Shown in pieces: positions 11,391-24,648 of a stretch of 64,000 nt of DNA. The notes beneath the pieces are model-generated. The model saw only the letters and a list, made by a program, of their open reading frames with translations. It did no database searches and was not told where the DNA came from. A program made the translations under genes and the position numbers. The first letter of the stretch is position 1, and each line of letters starts with the position of its first letter. The stretch comes from Octopus bimaculoides (taxonomy: Eukaryota), in contig NC_069003.1 in the NCBI RefSeq assembly GCF_001194135.2, positions 31,006,614 to 31,070,613 of the forward strand, given 5' to 3'.

Positions 11391-11729
11391 ACCGGTTGCT
11401 TTTACATAATACTCTGTCTTCTCCATTCATCACACAACCGACAGATAATAATCGTTACGCTTAAGAATCTTTATTATTTATCATGCAGTGTATTGATTAA
11501 TTCTCTCCCCACCACCACCACCACCACCTCTCTAGCTGCCCCACCTCTCTCACTCCATCCTCTCCATCCTTCTCTCCCTCTCTCTGTCTTGTTCTCTCTC
11601 TCTGCCGCTCAACGACAATTCCTTGTTATATAAGAGTCTGTTGAATTTGACAGAATATGTGTTTGTAGTATGTAGATATAAAATGTTAAGAACATATGTG
11701 TATTTGTATTTAGGTGTGTATAAAGTATG

Positions 11730-11760
<31 letters not shown>

Positions 11761-11869
11761 CGCATCAATTTTCTTATATCAGAGTCTATTGAATTTGACA
11801 TCACTTCATGTGGAGTGGAGAGAAGGTACAGGGTGGGCTATCGTACATGGTGAAATATGAACGTCTTGT

Positions 11870-12085
11870 ATCTTTTATCTTTAACTTGCTTCGCTCATTG
11901 GACTGTGGCCATGCTGGGACACTACTTTGAAGAGTTTTAGTTGAACAAATCAACCCCGGTCCCTATTTTTTAAAATCCTCGTACTCAATCTATTGGTTTC
12001 CTTTTACTGAACCACTAAATTACAGGAACATGAACTAAATTGCTAAGTTACGGGGACATAAATGAATGAACACCGGGTGTTAAGT
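11870..12085 (-). mobile_element. SINE family A 3' half, diverged. Similar tails at 23185-23335(-), 27870-28060(+), 18110-18300(+), 53075-53200(+), 57430-57640(-), 61048-61140(-)
   Basis: gactgtggccatgctgg..cac motif and downstream family-A tail matches. Confidence 0.7.
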
Positions 12086-12112
12086 GATATGCACACACAT
12101 ACACACATTATC

Positions 12113-12395
12113 ATTATCATTTAATGTCCATTGTCTATGCTGGCATGGGTTTGACGGTTTGACAGAAGATGACCAGCTGAAGGGTTGTTCACAGATCAAT
12201 GCCCTTCCAAATGCCAACCACCTTACAGAGTGCACTGGGTGTTTTACACAGCACTGGCATGGCAGCTTTTCGTGTGGAACCAGCACTTACGAGCCTGCAA
12301 GATTAGGGATGCTCAGCTGGATGGGGATGCAAGGGACAAGCCTGTTTGCAAGGGCAACCAGGCTTTACTTAGCTTGGTGTGACTTTTCAAGCACA
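12113..12395 (-). mobile_element. RTE-tail element. Further fragments at about 2640-2705(+), 23100-23155(+), 31510-31760(-), 42272-42395(-), 49960-50075(-)
   Basis: Reverse-complement match to the same tail (atgcccttccaaatgccaaccac; ccatgctggcatggg). Confidence 0.65.
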
Positions 12396-12459
12396 ACAAA
12401 CTGCAGTGTTAAGCAGTGATGGTGGGACAAACATGGACACAAAAACACACACACTCACA

Positions 12460-12516
<57 letters not shown>

Positions 12517-12540
12517 GCATACATATTATATATATATATG

Positions 12541-12890
12541 AATGGCTGTGTGGTAAGTAGCTTGCTTCCCAACCACATGGTCCCGAGTACAGTCCCACTG
12601 CGTGGCACCTTTTGAATGGATTTGGTAAACGGAAACTGAAAGAAGCCCGTTGTATATATGTGTGTGTGTATGTTTGTGTGTCCGTGTTTGTTCTCCCCAC
12701 CACCACCACCACCACCATCGCTTGACAATTGATGCTGGTGTGTTTAATGTTCCCATAATTTAGCAGTTCGGCAAAAGAGACCAATAGAATAAGTACTAGG
12801 CTTACAAAGAATAAGTCCTGGGGTCGATTTGTTCAACTAAAGGCAGTGCTCCAGCATGGCTGCAGTCAAATGACCGAAACAGATAAAAGG
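12541..12890 (+). mobile_element. SINE family A with internal deletion in the head
   Basis: tggctgtgtggtaagtagcttgcttcccaaccacatgg...ctccagcatggctgcagtcaaatgaccgaaac. Confidence 0.85.
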
Positions 12891-12918
12891 GAAAAAAAAG
12901 AATAAAATATATATATAT

Positions 12919-13016
12919 CATCATCATCATCATCATCATCGTTTAACGTCCGCTTTCCATGCTAGCATGGGTTGGACGATTTGACTGAGGACTGGTGAAA
13001 CCGGATGGCAACACCA
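12919..13016 (-). mobile_element. Young RTE 3' end with (GAT)n tail, running into gap 13017-13615
   Basis: Matches the reverse complement of the last ~95 nt of the 21219-22156 element. Confidence 0.85.
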
Positions 13017-13615
13017 NNNNNNNNNNNNNNNNNNNNNNNNNNNNNNNNNNNNNNNNNNNNNNNNNNNNNNNNNNNNNNNNNNNNNNNNNNNNNNNNNNNN
13101 NNNNNNNNNNNNNNNNNNNNNNNNNNNNNNNNNNNNNNNNNNNNNNNNNNNNNNNNNNNNNNNNNNNNNNNNNNNNNNNNNNNNNNNNNNNNNNNNNNNN
13201 NNNNNNNNNNNNNNNNNNNNNNNNNNNNNNNNNNNNNNNNNNNNNNNNNNNNNNNNNNNNNNNNNNNNNNNNNNNNNNNNNNNNNNNNNNNNNNNNNNNN
13301 NNNNNNNNNNNNNNNNNNNNNNNNNNNNNNNNNNNNNNNNNNNNNNNNNNNNNNNNNNNNNNNNNNNNNNNNNNNNNNNNNNNNNNNNNNNNNNNNNNNN
13401 NNNNNNNNNNNNNNNNNNNNNNNNNNNNNNNNNNNNNNNNNNNNNNNNNNNNNNNNNNNNNNNNNNNNNNNNNNNNNNNNNNNNNNNNNNNNNNNNNNNN
13501 NNNNNNNNNNNNNNNNNNNNNNNNNNNNNNNNNNNNNNNNNNNNNNNNNNNNNNNNNNNNNNNNNNNNNNNNNNNNNNNNNNNNNNNNNNNNNNNNNNNN
13601 NNNNNNNNNNNNNNN

Positions 13616-13656
<41 letters not shown>

Positions 13657-16190
13657 ATATATATACATATATATACATATATATATTATATGAATTTTAC
13701 ATTCATTGTATGTAGTTCCTTGTTACAAAAGACATCTTTCAGTATATGTCATTGATTATAATGTCAGAACCGTTTCTTCCAACTCAAGTAATTCCCAATA
13801 CTATAGAATGGTTGAGAATGGAAGAAGAGGAACAAAAGAAGAAAAGAGAAAAAAAAGACAGTTTGATGCTAAGCTGTTGTCTATGGCCAAAGTAAGTAGA
13901 CATTACAGAAACTTCTAATGGTCAATGTTATTCTGGATTTTCAAACATCGTCACTCAAGCTTCACACATACACTCAGGGACGCAGACTAACACACACACA
14001 CACACACACAAATATACACATACGCACAAAGAAATACAGTGACATATATACACACACATGCATACAATAAGACACTAATGGATAAACTGATGGACAGTTG
14101 ATGGACAGAACATAAGCCATTACCATAATAGGCCTTGCTTTATGGTAGAGCCATTTCAGTTTTAAAGACAATTTCCAAAGATATTTTGTATATGGTTGTT
14201 ACAAGTGATGATGATGATGATGATAATGATGGTAATGAAGAGGGAGAAGACAACGACGGTGATGACGATGACAATGAAGAGGGTGATGGTGGCAATGACA
14301 GAGATGATGATGATGGTGATGAAGATGATGACGATGATGGACAATGACAATGAGGAAGAGGAGGAAGGGAGGTCGTTGACAATAATAACGATGATGATGA
14401 TAACGACAACGATGATGATGATGGTGATGACAAAGATGATGGTGATGATGTTGGTGGTGACAATGATGGTGCTGATGTTGATGATGGTAGTGATGACAAT
14501 GCTGGTGATTTTGGTAATGACTATGACAATGATAATGAAGATGACAATGATGATGACAATGATGATGACAAGGTGGTGACCCAGTATGGCTGCAGTCCAA
14601 TGATTGCAGCCTTACTGGGTCATTAGACTGAAACAAGTAAAAGATAAAAGATATATATACATATACATATATATATACATATATGATCTTTCAATTTCTG
14701 TCTACCAAATCCACTCACAAGACTTTTGGTCAGCCTGCAGCTATATATATATATNNNNNNNNNNNNNNNNNNNNNNNNNNNNNNNNNNNNNNNNNNNNNN
14801 NNNNNNNNNNNNNNNNNNNNNNNNNNNNNNNNNNNNNNNNNNNNNNNNNNNNNNNNNNNNNNNNNNNNNNNNNNNNNNNNNNNNNNNNNNNNNNNNNNNN
14901 NNNNNNNNNNNNNNNNNNNNNNNNNNNNNNNNNNNNNNNNNNNNNNNNNNNNNNNNNNNNNNNNNNNNNNNNNNNNNNNNNNNNNNNNNNNNNNNNNNNN
15001 NNNNNNNNNNNNNNNNNNNNNNNNNNNNNNNNNNNNNNNNNNNNNNNNNNNNNNNNNNNNNNNNNNNNNNNNNNNNNNNNNNNNNNNNNNNNNNNNNNNN
15101 NNNNNNNNNNNNNNNNNNNNNNNNNNNNNNNNNNNNNNNNNNNNNNNNNNNNNNNNNNNNNNNNNNNNNNNNNNNNNNNNNNNNNNNNNNNNNNNNNNNN
15201 NNNNNNNNNNNNNNNNNNNNNNNNNNNNNNNNNNNNNNNNNNNNNNNNNNNNNNNNNNNNNNNNNNNNNNNNNNNNNNNNNNNNNNNNNNNNNNNNNNNN
15301 NNNNNNNNNNNNNNNNNNNNNNNNNNNNNNNNNNNNNNNNNNNNNNNNNNNNNNNNNNNNNNNNNNNNNNNNNNNNNNNNNNNNNNNNNNNNNNNNNNNN
15401 NNNNNNNNNNNNNNNNNNNNNNNNNNNNNNNNNNNNNNNNNNNNNNNNNNNNNNNNNNNNNNNNNNNNNNNNNNNNNNNNNNNNNNNNNNNNNNNNNNNN
15501 NNNNNNNNNNNNNNNNNNNNNNNNNNNNNNNNNNNNNNNNNNNNNNNNNNNNNNNNNNNNNNNNNNNNNNNNNNNNNNNNNNNNNNNNNNNNNNNNNNNN
15601 NNNNNNNNNNNNNNNNNNNNNNNNNNNNNNNNNNNATATATATATATATATATATATATAGACAGATATATATAGATACATATACATACAAACACACATA
15701 TATATATAATATATCGCTATACCTACAGACACAATACACACACACACACACACACACACAAGTATTTTTTTATAAGTTCTTATTATTCTTAGACAAAAAA
15801 ACTTTCCTCAGCTATTGTGCTGCTACTAATTCCGATAAAACTAAAGCTTTGCTTTCACTCTCTCTGTTTCTTTGTCTGCCTTTCTTAGTGCCTTTCTCTC
15901 TCTCCTTTTCTTCAATTCGTAAAGGAAACATAGACAACACCATTGAACAGTTATTCTGTATGTCTTCCTTGTTTTCTTATAACTTATCTCAAACATTGCT
16001 ATTATTCTGATATATTTATATCAATATACGTGATAAAAGCCATCAAAATGCTGAGAAAATATTTACTTAATATTATTTCAGCTATTGTGTTCCTTGCTGG
16101 TTTTTTTTTTTTTTGCTTTTTTTGAAAAAACAAAATTTCTTGCCATTTTATTATTGTCTTTTTTAAATATATTTTATTTTAGTGGGTGTT

Positions 16191-16396
16191 GGTGCAGCTG
16201 TGTGGTAAGAAGCTTGCTTCCGAACCTCATGGTTCAGGGTTCAGTCTTACTGTGCTGGCACCTTGAGCAAGTGTCTTTTACTCTAGGCCAACCAAAGCTT
16301 TGTAAGTAAGTAGATTTAACGGATGGAAACTGAAAGGAGCCAATCTTATATATACACACACACACACACACATATATATATATGCATATATATATA

Positions 16397-16474
<78 letters not shown>

Positions 16475-16577
16475 TATAATAGAAGACACTCGCCCTAGGT
16501 ACCACGACCACGCAGTGGGACTGAACCCAGAACCATGGAGTTAGAAAGCAAACATCTTACCACACAGCCACTCATGC
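16191..16577. mobile_element. Two convergent SINE-A heads, 16191-16345(+) and 16474-16577(-), around a (TA)n tract
   Basis: Both match the family-A head in opposite orientations. Confidence 0.8.
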
Positions 16578-17390
16578 ATCTATCACTGTACCAATGTAGG
16601 CGAAAAACAAACAATTCCATACCAAATTTAAAAGTTTCCATTCCACTTATCCAACATCTCCATCCCTTCTATACATTCCAACTTAAAGCCAAACATTCGT
16701 GACTAAAACCACATGAAATTTCATGCCAGAATTAACAGAGAATTTTGTTATAGAACAATTCCATGATAAAACAATACGGTTTTAGTATAAACCACGTATT
16801 GTCATGCAGAAAAGTGGCCTGCACTTCTCGTCGAGTGTTGTTTAATGTTAAATGTCAACATTTGTGTACTCTGCATTCTCACATTTAAAAGATTAATTTC
16901 ATATTGACTGATGGTCGTCCGTTATTTACTTACTTTAAACATTAACTCATATTTCTGCGAAATCTGCTTAAGACAATCTTAACACTTTTAAGAGGATTTA
17001 TTTGCAGAGGTGCAAAGCATAGTTGCATGGTTTAGATGTTTGATCTGCATGCAGGCACATGATTCTGCTGTGCAATATCTTGGTCAAGTGTCTTCTTATC
17101 ATGGCATCAGGGTTCACAAATACCTTGGGATTAGAGTCTGGTAGCTGCAGACTCTGTGGAATCCAAAACATGTATGTGCGCAGGTGCGTGTACGTGTGTG
17201 TGTGTGTGTATGTGCACATGTATGTGTGTGTATGCGTATCTTTTATCTTTTATTTTTTACTTGTTTCCGTCATTTGATTGTGACCATACTGGGGCATCAC
17301 CTTAAAGAATTGTGTGTATGTGTGTGTATGTGTTTGTGTGTTTCCCAAATTCTTCCCCTAGTGCTCCCTCACCCACTCTCCCATACTTAC

Positions 17391-17632
17391 CCACTTGGAG
17401 ATATACCAAAAGAACCTCGAGCAGCAACAGCACTAAACTTTGACATCTTTCCATATTTCTGTGGACTCGATGGTAAGGAATGTCTCTGGTTTTTGATTAT
17501 CAACTGCTTACCATCCTCACCCTCTTCACCTTCCTCTTCCTCCTCAGCTTGGACATCTTCAAAACCACCCTTTTGCCAGATACCAACAGAACCATCTGGA
17601 GCATTATAGGTAAGTTCAAAGTCGACTTTAGT
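17391..17632 (-). CDS. OTOF: Otoferlin exon-5 equivalent (end of C2A plus acidic linker), 242 nt, phase 0 to 2: TKVDFELTYNAPDGSVGIWQKGGFEDVQAEEEEEGEEGEDGKQLIIKNQRHSLPSSPQKYGKMSKFSAVAARGSFGISPS(G)
   Basis: Acceptor ttttttgtttttcag|ACT, donor TGG|gtaagt, open frame (track ORF 17387..17683). The N-terminal part resembles human [24 protein letters not shown]. A possible internal donor lies at 17512. Confidence 0.9.
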
Positions 17633-17827
17633 CTGAAAAACAAAAAAGAAAAACAAAAAAAATAAACCAAATAACTCAAACAAATGCTTGTTTTAATTAA
17701 AAGAAAATAAATGGTCAACAAGAATAAATATGAAGAGAATTAATGAGAGCCATGAAAAGGAAGAAGGAAATGAAAAAGATAACAACAAAATTAAAAATAA
17801 TATTTATTTATTTATTTCTCAACTTAC

Positions 17828-17927
17828 CTTCATAGCTACATTATTACTGTCAAGAAGTGTGTCTGATACCTCGATGTGACCAACTTCGATTAATTCTTGA
17901 AGAATGATACGAAAAGTGCCAATAAGT
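17828..17927 (-). CDS. OTOF: Otoferlin exon-4 equivalent (C2A), 100 nt, phase 2 to 0: (R)LIGTFRIILQELIEVGHIEVSDTLLDSNNVAMK
   Basis: Acceptor ttctaccttttacag|A, donor AAG|gtaagt. Resembles human [33 protein letters not shown] (recalled). Confidence 0.95.
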
Positions 17928-18054
17928 CTGTAAAAGGTAGAAAGAAACTTTCATTGTAATCCAGTCAAATACAGACCTGCATAGAAACCTATACATAGAT
18001 ACACACATTCACAAAAATATACATGTATACACGCGTTCGTATTTATTCGTGTGT

Positions 18055-18099
<45 letters not shown>

Positions 18100-18733
18100 T
18101 GTGTGTTTGTGTCTGTGTCTGTTCCCCCCCCTCACTGTTTGAAACCGGTGTTGGTTTGTTTACATCCATGTAACTTAGCAGATCAACAAAAGAATCCAAT
18201 AGACTGACAGATTAAAAGAAAAAAAAAGATTAAAGAATGAAGTGCAGGTGTCAATGCCAATTTGTTTGAATAAGCCCTTGAAGGTGTTACTGTAGATGGC
18301 CACAAAAAGATTAAATTTTCTTAAAATTTACTCAGCACTTAGCAAAAACAACTAAAAAAAAAAAAAAAANNNNNNNNNNNNNNNNNNNNNNNNNNNNNNN
18401 NNNNNNNNNNNNNNNNNNNNNNNNNNNNNNNNNNNNNNNNNNNNNNNNNNNNNNNNNNNNNNNNNNNNNNNNNNNNNNNNNNNNNNNNNNNNNNNNNNNN
18501 NNNNNNNNNNNNNNNAAAGCCCTCAAACAAATTAACACAAATGCATATCTCTTTCTTTCCTCTCTTTTCTGTCTTTTTCCATTTCTGTTATCTGCACTCA
18601 TTGACTCTTACTATTTCTTCCCCACCACTCTTTTTATCTATCTTTCTCTCTCTCTTTCACATATTTTCTTTCCTCTAAGTTCTATTTTGACAAAAATCAT
18701 ATCTTTATTCATTCATGCTAGCATTCTCCCCCC

Positions 18734-18785
<52 letters not shown>

Positions 18786-19089
18786 TTCCTCAGCTGAGTT
18801 GAAAGAAAATGTTCTTCTTTTTTTTTGTTGTTGGACAAAAGGAAGTCATCTTCAAATTGGCTCCAATGCTAAAAAAATGACTTAGAGCATATAATTATCA
18901 CATCCATTATGTTTGACAAAAAGGACATGAGGTGGGATGGTCACTGCTGGAATGCTTTACTGATTTAGTGAACTCCAGTTCTTTTATAGAAGGACCCTCT
19001 ATACTATTGCTCAACCTGCAAAAAACAACAGTCGAGTCTCACTCAATACTACATGCCCTTTGAGACATCTATGTGATAGTATCACATAA

Positions 19090-19302
19090 AAGGTGCCTGT
19101 GCCACCATCATGTAGAAAGTGTTCAGTACACCCTGTAAGGGGGTTGGTGTCAGTGAGGGGCATCCAGCCATAGAAGCCATGCCAAAACAGACAACTGGAG
19201 TCTGGTGATGCTCTCTGGCTTGCCAGCTCCTGTCAAACTGTCCAACCCCTGGGGAATGGACGTTAAAAGATGATGACGATGATGATGATGATGATGATGA
19301 TG
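19090..19302 (+). mobile_element. Older RTE-tail element with (GAT)n tail
   Basis: Diverged match to the same 3' UTR (ggcatccagcc..tagaa...gtccaaccc...ggacgttaaa(gat)n). Confidence 0.7.
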
Positions 19303-20592
19303 TTTTTTTCTAAATGACTTTTTTTAGTGGAAGAAAGTCAGTGCATATAACTCCTTTTCAGGACCCCCCCCCCGTGATGGGGATGGTGGGGGTGGCAGGA
19401 GGAAGAGAGGAAGGACAAAAGGAAGTTGTTTCCAAAGTTGCTCAAATATTTACAAAATGACTCGGATGATACAATCATTGCATACATTATGCTTGACCAC
19501 CATAAGGACATGAGGTGGGATGGTCACTGCTGCAATGTTTCAGATCGTAAAAAGTGTGCCCAATTAGGAGTGATGACAAACCTGGTGGTTACGTAACAAC
19601 AACCAATGACAAGTGGTGGTGGTGGTGGTGGGGGAATTAGATTTAATAAAGACAAGAGTAACATCACAGAGAAGTACTCAGAGTCTCATGTAAAGAAAAA
19701 TAAACGACCCTAACGAACTTGGTAATAAACCAAAAGTAGAATTCACAAGATAGAAGCAAAACTAGTAATAATAATAATAATAATAAGGTTGTGATATCAG
19801 AAATGCAGTTTTGACATTTACGTATTAAAATGTATAGTACTGATCATAAAAACCAAACAGCTAATTTTCTCACAAATCCAATTAATAGCTGAATACTTTC
19901 TCTATACTGCGTTAATAGAGAACCAATCTATATGTTAAACAGCAAAGGCAAGTAATGAAATGTTTGATATCAAAGAGTAATGATAAACCCTTTGAATATT
20001 CATAATTATCTGTTTATGCTCTTAATTCAGTTCCTGATGGGGGTTGGTAGAAATTGCTTTTCATCCTTCAGAGGTCGATAAAATAAATGCATTTTTATCC
20101 ATCTGAGGTCGATAAAAATGAATGCATTTCATACTTGTCTGAAGTCGATGATAAAATAATAATAACCGAATATGTATTAGCTTCGATGTACGTGACCGTG
20201 CCTTTTTCCCTTCAAATTTGTGTCTCTGTGCACACTATAAATCACCACCACTGGCATCATAATCTCATAATCCTCCTCCCCTTCCCTCCCCTCCGCCTCC
20301 TCCTCCTCCTCATCGTTATTATTGTTGTTGTTGTTGTTGTTGTTGTTATTTTCATTCAGTAGTCACAAACTTTTATTGTATAATTTCATTGTACTGTTGA
20401 ACACAGCCCTGTTCAATACCCAAGGGAGTTCAGTGTTTTAGTATCACTTCTGTATTTTTCTATTCTACTGAGAATATTCTATGCAGGATGTGTGCAGCGC
20501 TGTCTAATACTGCAGCATTTTGTAGTGGTGCAGTGCCTAGTAGTGCTATCTTCTGAATGTCGTGTATGGAGTGTGTCATGTAATATGTGCTG

Positions 20593-20726
20593 TACGAGGG
20601 CATGCTGAAAAGTTTCTGGCTTTGGGCAAAAAAAAAAATGCAGGAGGATCAGTTAATTATGATTTTATTCAACATATTCCTTTCTCAGATTCACACACTT
20701 TTGACAGCAAGTCTTCAGTTTTCCTA
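20593..20726 (+). mobile_element. Mariner-type terminal fragment, cut by the RTE-tail insertion at 20727
   Basis: Begins TACGAGGGCATGCTGAAAAGTTTCTGGC, a mariner-like TIR start; the right TIR is not seen. Confidence 0.5.
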
Positions 20727-20907
20727 AAAGCACCCACCACACTCTCGGAGTGGTTGGCATAAGGAAGGGCATCCAGCTGTAGAAACATTGCCACATCAGA
20801 TTGGAGCCTGGTGCAGCCATTTGGTTCGCCAGTCCTCAGTCAAATCGTCCAACCCATGCTAGCATGGAAAGCGGACATTAAACAATGATGATGATGATGA
20901 TGATGAC
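20727..20907 (+). mobile_element. RTE-tail element with (GAT)n tail
   Basis: gtggttggcataaggaagggcatccagctgtagaaac...cccatgctagcatggaaagcggacattaaac(gat)n, shared with the LINE 3' UTR. Confidence 0.8.
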
Positions 20908-21167
20908 ATATATATATAAAGTAACAAGCTGAGGAAAAGAAATCCTTCAAAGAGGCGTGTCAAACATACAATTCACTGGTACGTCAGTTGGATACCATAT
21001 AAATACTGGTATAATTCAATTATTGTTATATAAATAGTATATCTCTATATTTAATTTATCTTTATATATATACACACACACACACATACATATATATATA
21101 CATACATATATATGTGTATGTATATGTGTGTGTGTGTATACTTACATTATGCACTCACAAATACTCA

Positions 21168-21217
<50 letters not shown>

Positions 21218-21218
21218 A

Positions 21219-22156
21219 CGAACAACCATGCTACATGGCAGTGAAACATGGGCTGTAACTGCTGAGGACATACGTAAGCTCGCAAGGAATGAAGCCAGTA
21301 TGCTCCGTTGGATGTGTAATGTCAATGTGAATACCCGTCAGAGTGTAAGTATCTTGAGAGAAAAGCTGAACATTAGAAGTATCAGTTGTGGCGTGCAAGA
21401 GAGACGATTGCGCTGGTATGGACATGTGGTGAGAATGGAGGAGGATAGCTGCGTGNNNNNNNNNNNNNNNNNNNNNNNNNNNNNNNNNNNNNNNNNNNNN
21501 NNNNNNNNNNNNNNNNNNNNNNNNNNNNNNNNNNNNNNNNNNNNNNNNNNNNNNNNNNNNNNNNNNNNNNNNNNNNNNNNNNNNNNNNNNNNNNNNNNNN
21601 NNNNNNNNNNNNNNNNNNNNNNNNNNNNNNNNNNNNNNNNNNNNNNNNNNNNNNNNNNNNNNNNNNNNNNNNNNNNNNNNNNNNNNNNNNNNNNNNNNNN
21701 NNNNNNNNNNNNNNNNNNNNNNNNNNNNNNNNNNNNNNNNNNNNNNNNNNNNNNNNNNNNNNNNNNNNNNNNNNNNNNNNNNNNNNNNNNNNNNNNNNNN
21801 NNNNNNNNNNNNNNNNNNNNNNNNNNNNNNNNNNNNNNNNNNNNNNNNNNNNNNNNNNNNNNTGTAGGATTTTCGAGCGAGATCGTTGCCAGTGCCCCTG
21901 GACTAGCTTGTGCGGGTGGCACATAAAAGACACCATTTCGAGCGTGGCCGTTTTCGTGCGGGTGACACGTAAAAGCACCCACTACACTCTCTGAGTGGTT
22001 GGCGTTAGGAAGGGCATCCAGCTGTAGAAACTCTGCCAAATCAGACTGGAGCCTGGTGTTGCCATCCGGTTTCACCAGTCCTCAGTCAAATCGTCCAACC
22101 CATGCTAGCATGGAAAGCGGACGTTAAACGATGATGATGATGATGATGATGATGAT
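21219..22156 (+). mobile_element. 5'-truncated RTE-clade LINE: C-terminal ORF2 fragment, 3' UTR and (GAT)n tail, interrupted by N gap 21456-21862
   Basis: 21228-21455 translates to MLHGSETWAVTAEDIRKLARNEASMLRWMCNV...LREKLNIRSISCGVQERRLRWYGHVVRM. The LxGSETW and RRLRWYGHVxRM motifs are typical of RTE ORF2 C-termini. Ends ggaaagcggacgttaaac(gat)n. Confidence 0.9.
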
Positions 22157-22344
22157 ATATATATATGCACATCCTCCCACACACACACTCATATGTATGT
22201 TCCTAGACAGTGTTCCACTTACACAAAACATTCTTCTCCACACAAAGTAAACCTGGTTTAATATGTCAATAGTATCATTCCTGGGATTCTGATGCTGTAG
22301 ATTTTGATACAAGAAACTTAATTGAAACAGTGTGGCTGCTGGCA

Positions 22345-22381
<37 letters not shown>

Positions 22382-22689
22382 TTATGTGGGAGTCGATCTC
22401 TTTCAACAGGTAGCATACGAAAGCAGGGATGGGCGAGGCAGTAAAGCTATTGTATTGTATCAGTTATTTGTTATATGATCTTAGAACTGCATGGATGCAT
22501 TGCTAGACAGAGATATTTCCTTCACATTATCTCATATACCTTTACTTTTATAATAGTGCACAGGTCTCATTTCATGATTTGAGTAATAAACAATGTATGT
22601 TCTTGTATTAGCCCCAGGTCAGCCGTGATAGAGCAGACAGGCATTTGTTCGCTCATCTTTCGTTCCAGCTCACAGTGGCCCTGTTTTTA

Positions 22690-23100
22690 CTTCTTTATTG
22701 CTTCTGCTCTTTTCTTTATTCTTTCTTTTCTTTCTTTCTTTTGTTCTGTATTTCTTTCTTTCTTTTGTTCTGTATTTCTTTCTTTCTTTTTTTTCATTCT
22801 TTTTCTCTTTTGCTCTCTCTTTTTCTTTCATTCTTTCTTTCCTTCTCTCACTCTCTCTTTTCCTTTCTCCCCTTTTTTCTTCTTGCTTTCATTCTTTCAT
22901 TCTTGCTGTTTTCATTCTATCTATTTTTTCTTTCTTTTTTCATTCTTTCATTCCTTTCTTTCTTTCTTTCTTTCATTTCTCTTTCATTCTTACTTTTCTT
23001 CTTCTTTCATTCTTTCATTCCTTTCTTCCATCTTTCACTCTCTCTTTTTCTTTCATACCATCTTTTCTTCTTGCTTTCATTCTTTCATTCTTATTCTCTT
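22690..23100 (+). repeat. Degenerate (TTTC/TTCA)n polypyrimidine array. A (TC)n-rich array lies at 40660-41050
   Basis: Directly visible. Confidence 0.93.
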
Positions 23101-23550
23101 TCATGCCAGCATGGAAAACAGACATTAAATGATGATGATGATGATGATGATGATATATTTATTTACTTATTTTATCATTTTTTTCACTTGTACTTGTTTC
23201 AGTCATTGGACTGCAGCCATGCTGGGGTACCGTCTTGAAATGATTTTAGTCAAAAGATTGACCCAGTATTCATCTTTTAAACCCAGTACTTATTCTGTCA
23301 GTTTTTTTGCCAAACCACTAAGTTGCAGGAACAAATACATATATGTTTTTCTTGACAATGACTTTCAAGTTTTGCCAGTCTGAATAAGCCATAGTCTATG
23401 TGGAACTTCGAAGTCCCTGTCAGTCAGCTTATTACGGATATTAGAGACTCAACACATGTAAGGAATTCTTGAATCAGTTAATGTTATGCATGTAAAAATA
23501 CTTTTAACACTACATGTGCATACACATACACATGTATGCAAGGATACAAA

Positions 23551-23587
<37 letters not shown>

Positions 23588-23902
23588 AGTGAGAGTGCAA
23601 GTCATGTACTAGTAATGATGAGAGATCAATATTGTGTGTCAATTGACATCTATTGATGATTATGTATCTACACACACACACACACATATATGCATACATA
23701 AACACACACAGATATATATATATACACAGATATACATATGTACATGAGTATTTATATAGTTGTATACATATATATATATATATATATGTACATATATGTG
23801 TATATACACAGATATACCTATATATATGCATATATACATACATCCATATAAATCCACATACATATATGTACATATATATATGTAAGTGTGTGCGTGCATG
23901 TA

Positions 23903-23965
<63 letters not shown>

Positions 23966-24590
23966 GTGTATTAAAGATCTAGCTGATGCATTAGTGTTGA
24001 TTGACAATCAGATAGAATCAGACAGATTGTATGTAGGGAACAGAGGAGTGTAGGCCGTGGAGATGGTAACAGTGATGTTGGCAAGGGAGATGGATGTGTG
24101 TACGTTGCTGGAGGATGAGCTGGTGGTGGCAGAGACAAAGGTGGCAATGGCAGTGGCGGTGGTGGTGGTGGCGGTGGCACCTGTAGTAGTAGTATTGGTA
24201 TGAGGGAGATAGTATTGATGGCGGAGGCTGGAACTTGTGATGTAGTGAGCTTGTTGTTGTTGTCTTTGATTAGCATAGGTCATCCCTGATCAAGAGTCAA
24301 CCTACAAAGGAAAGCAAGTAAAGCCCTGATAATCCTGACATCATTTTATGATGGCAAAGTGTATCTGGGACTACATCGTCCAAGATACCTTAGATACTAT
24401 ATGTCCCAGGATTTAAGACAGCAAGGTGGGATTTTTTTTTTATAAAGAGAAATTTAGCTGCTATTTCTAGCAAATTGAGAAACAATGTAGAAGTTCATTT
24501 GTGTATGATTAATACGTTGGATGTGTGGGAGGTGGTAGTGTAGGACATGGTGTGTGTGTGTGTATGCTATGCATATGTGTGTGTAATGCA

Positions 24591-24648
<58 letters not shown>

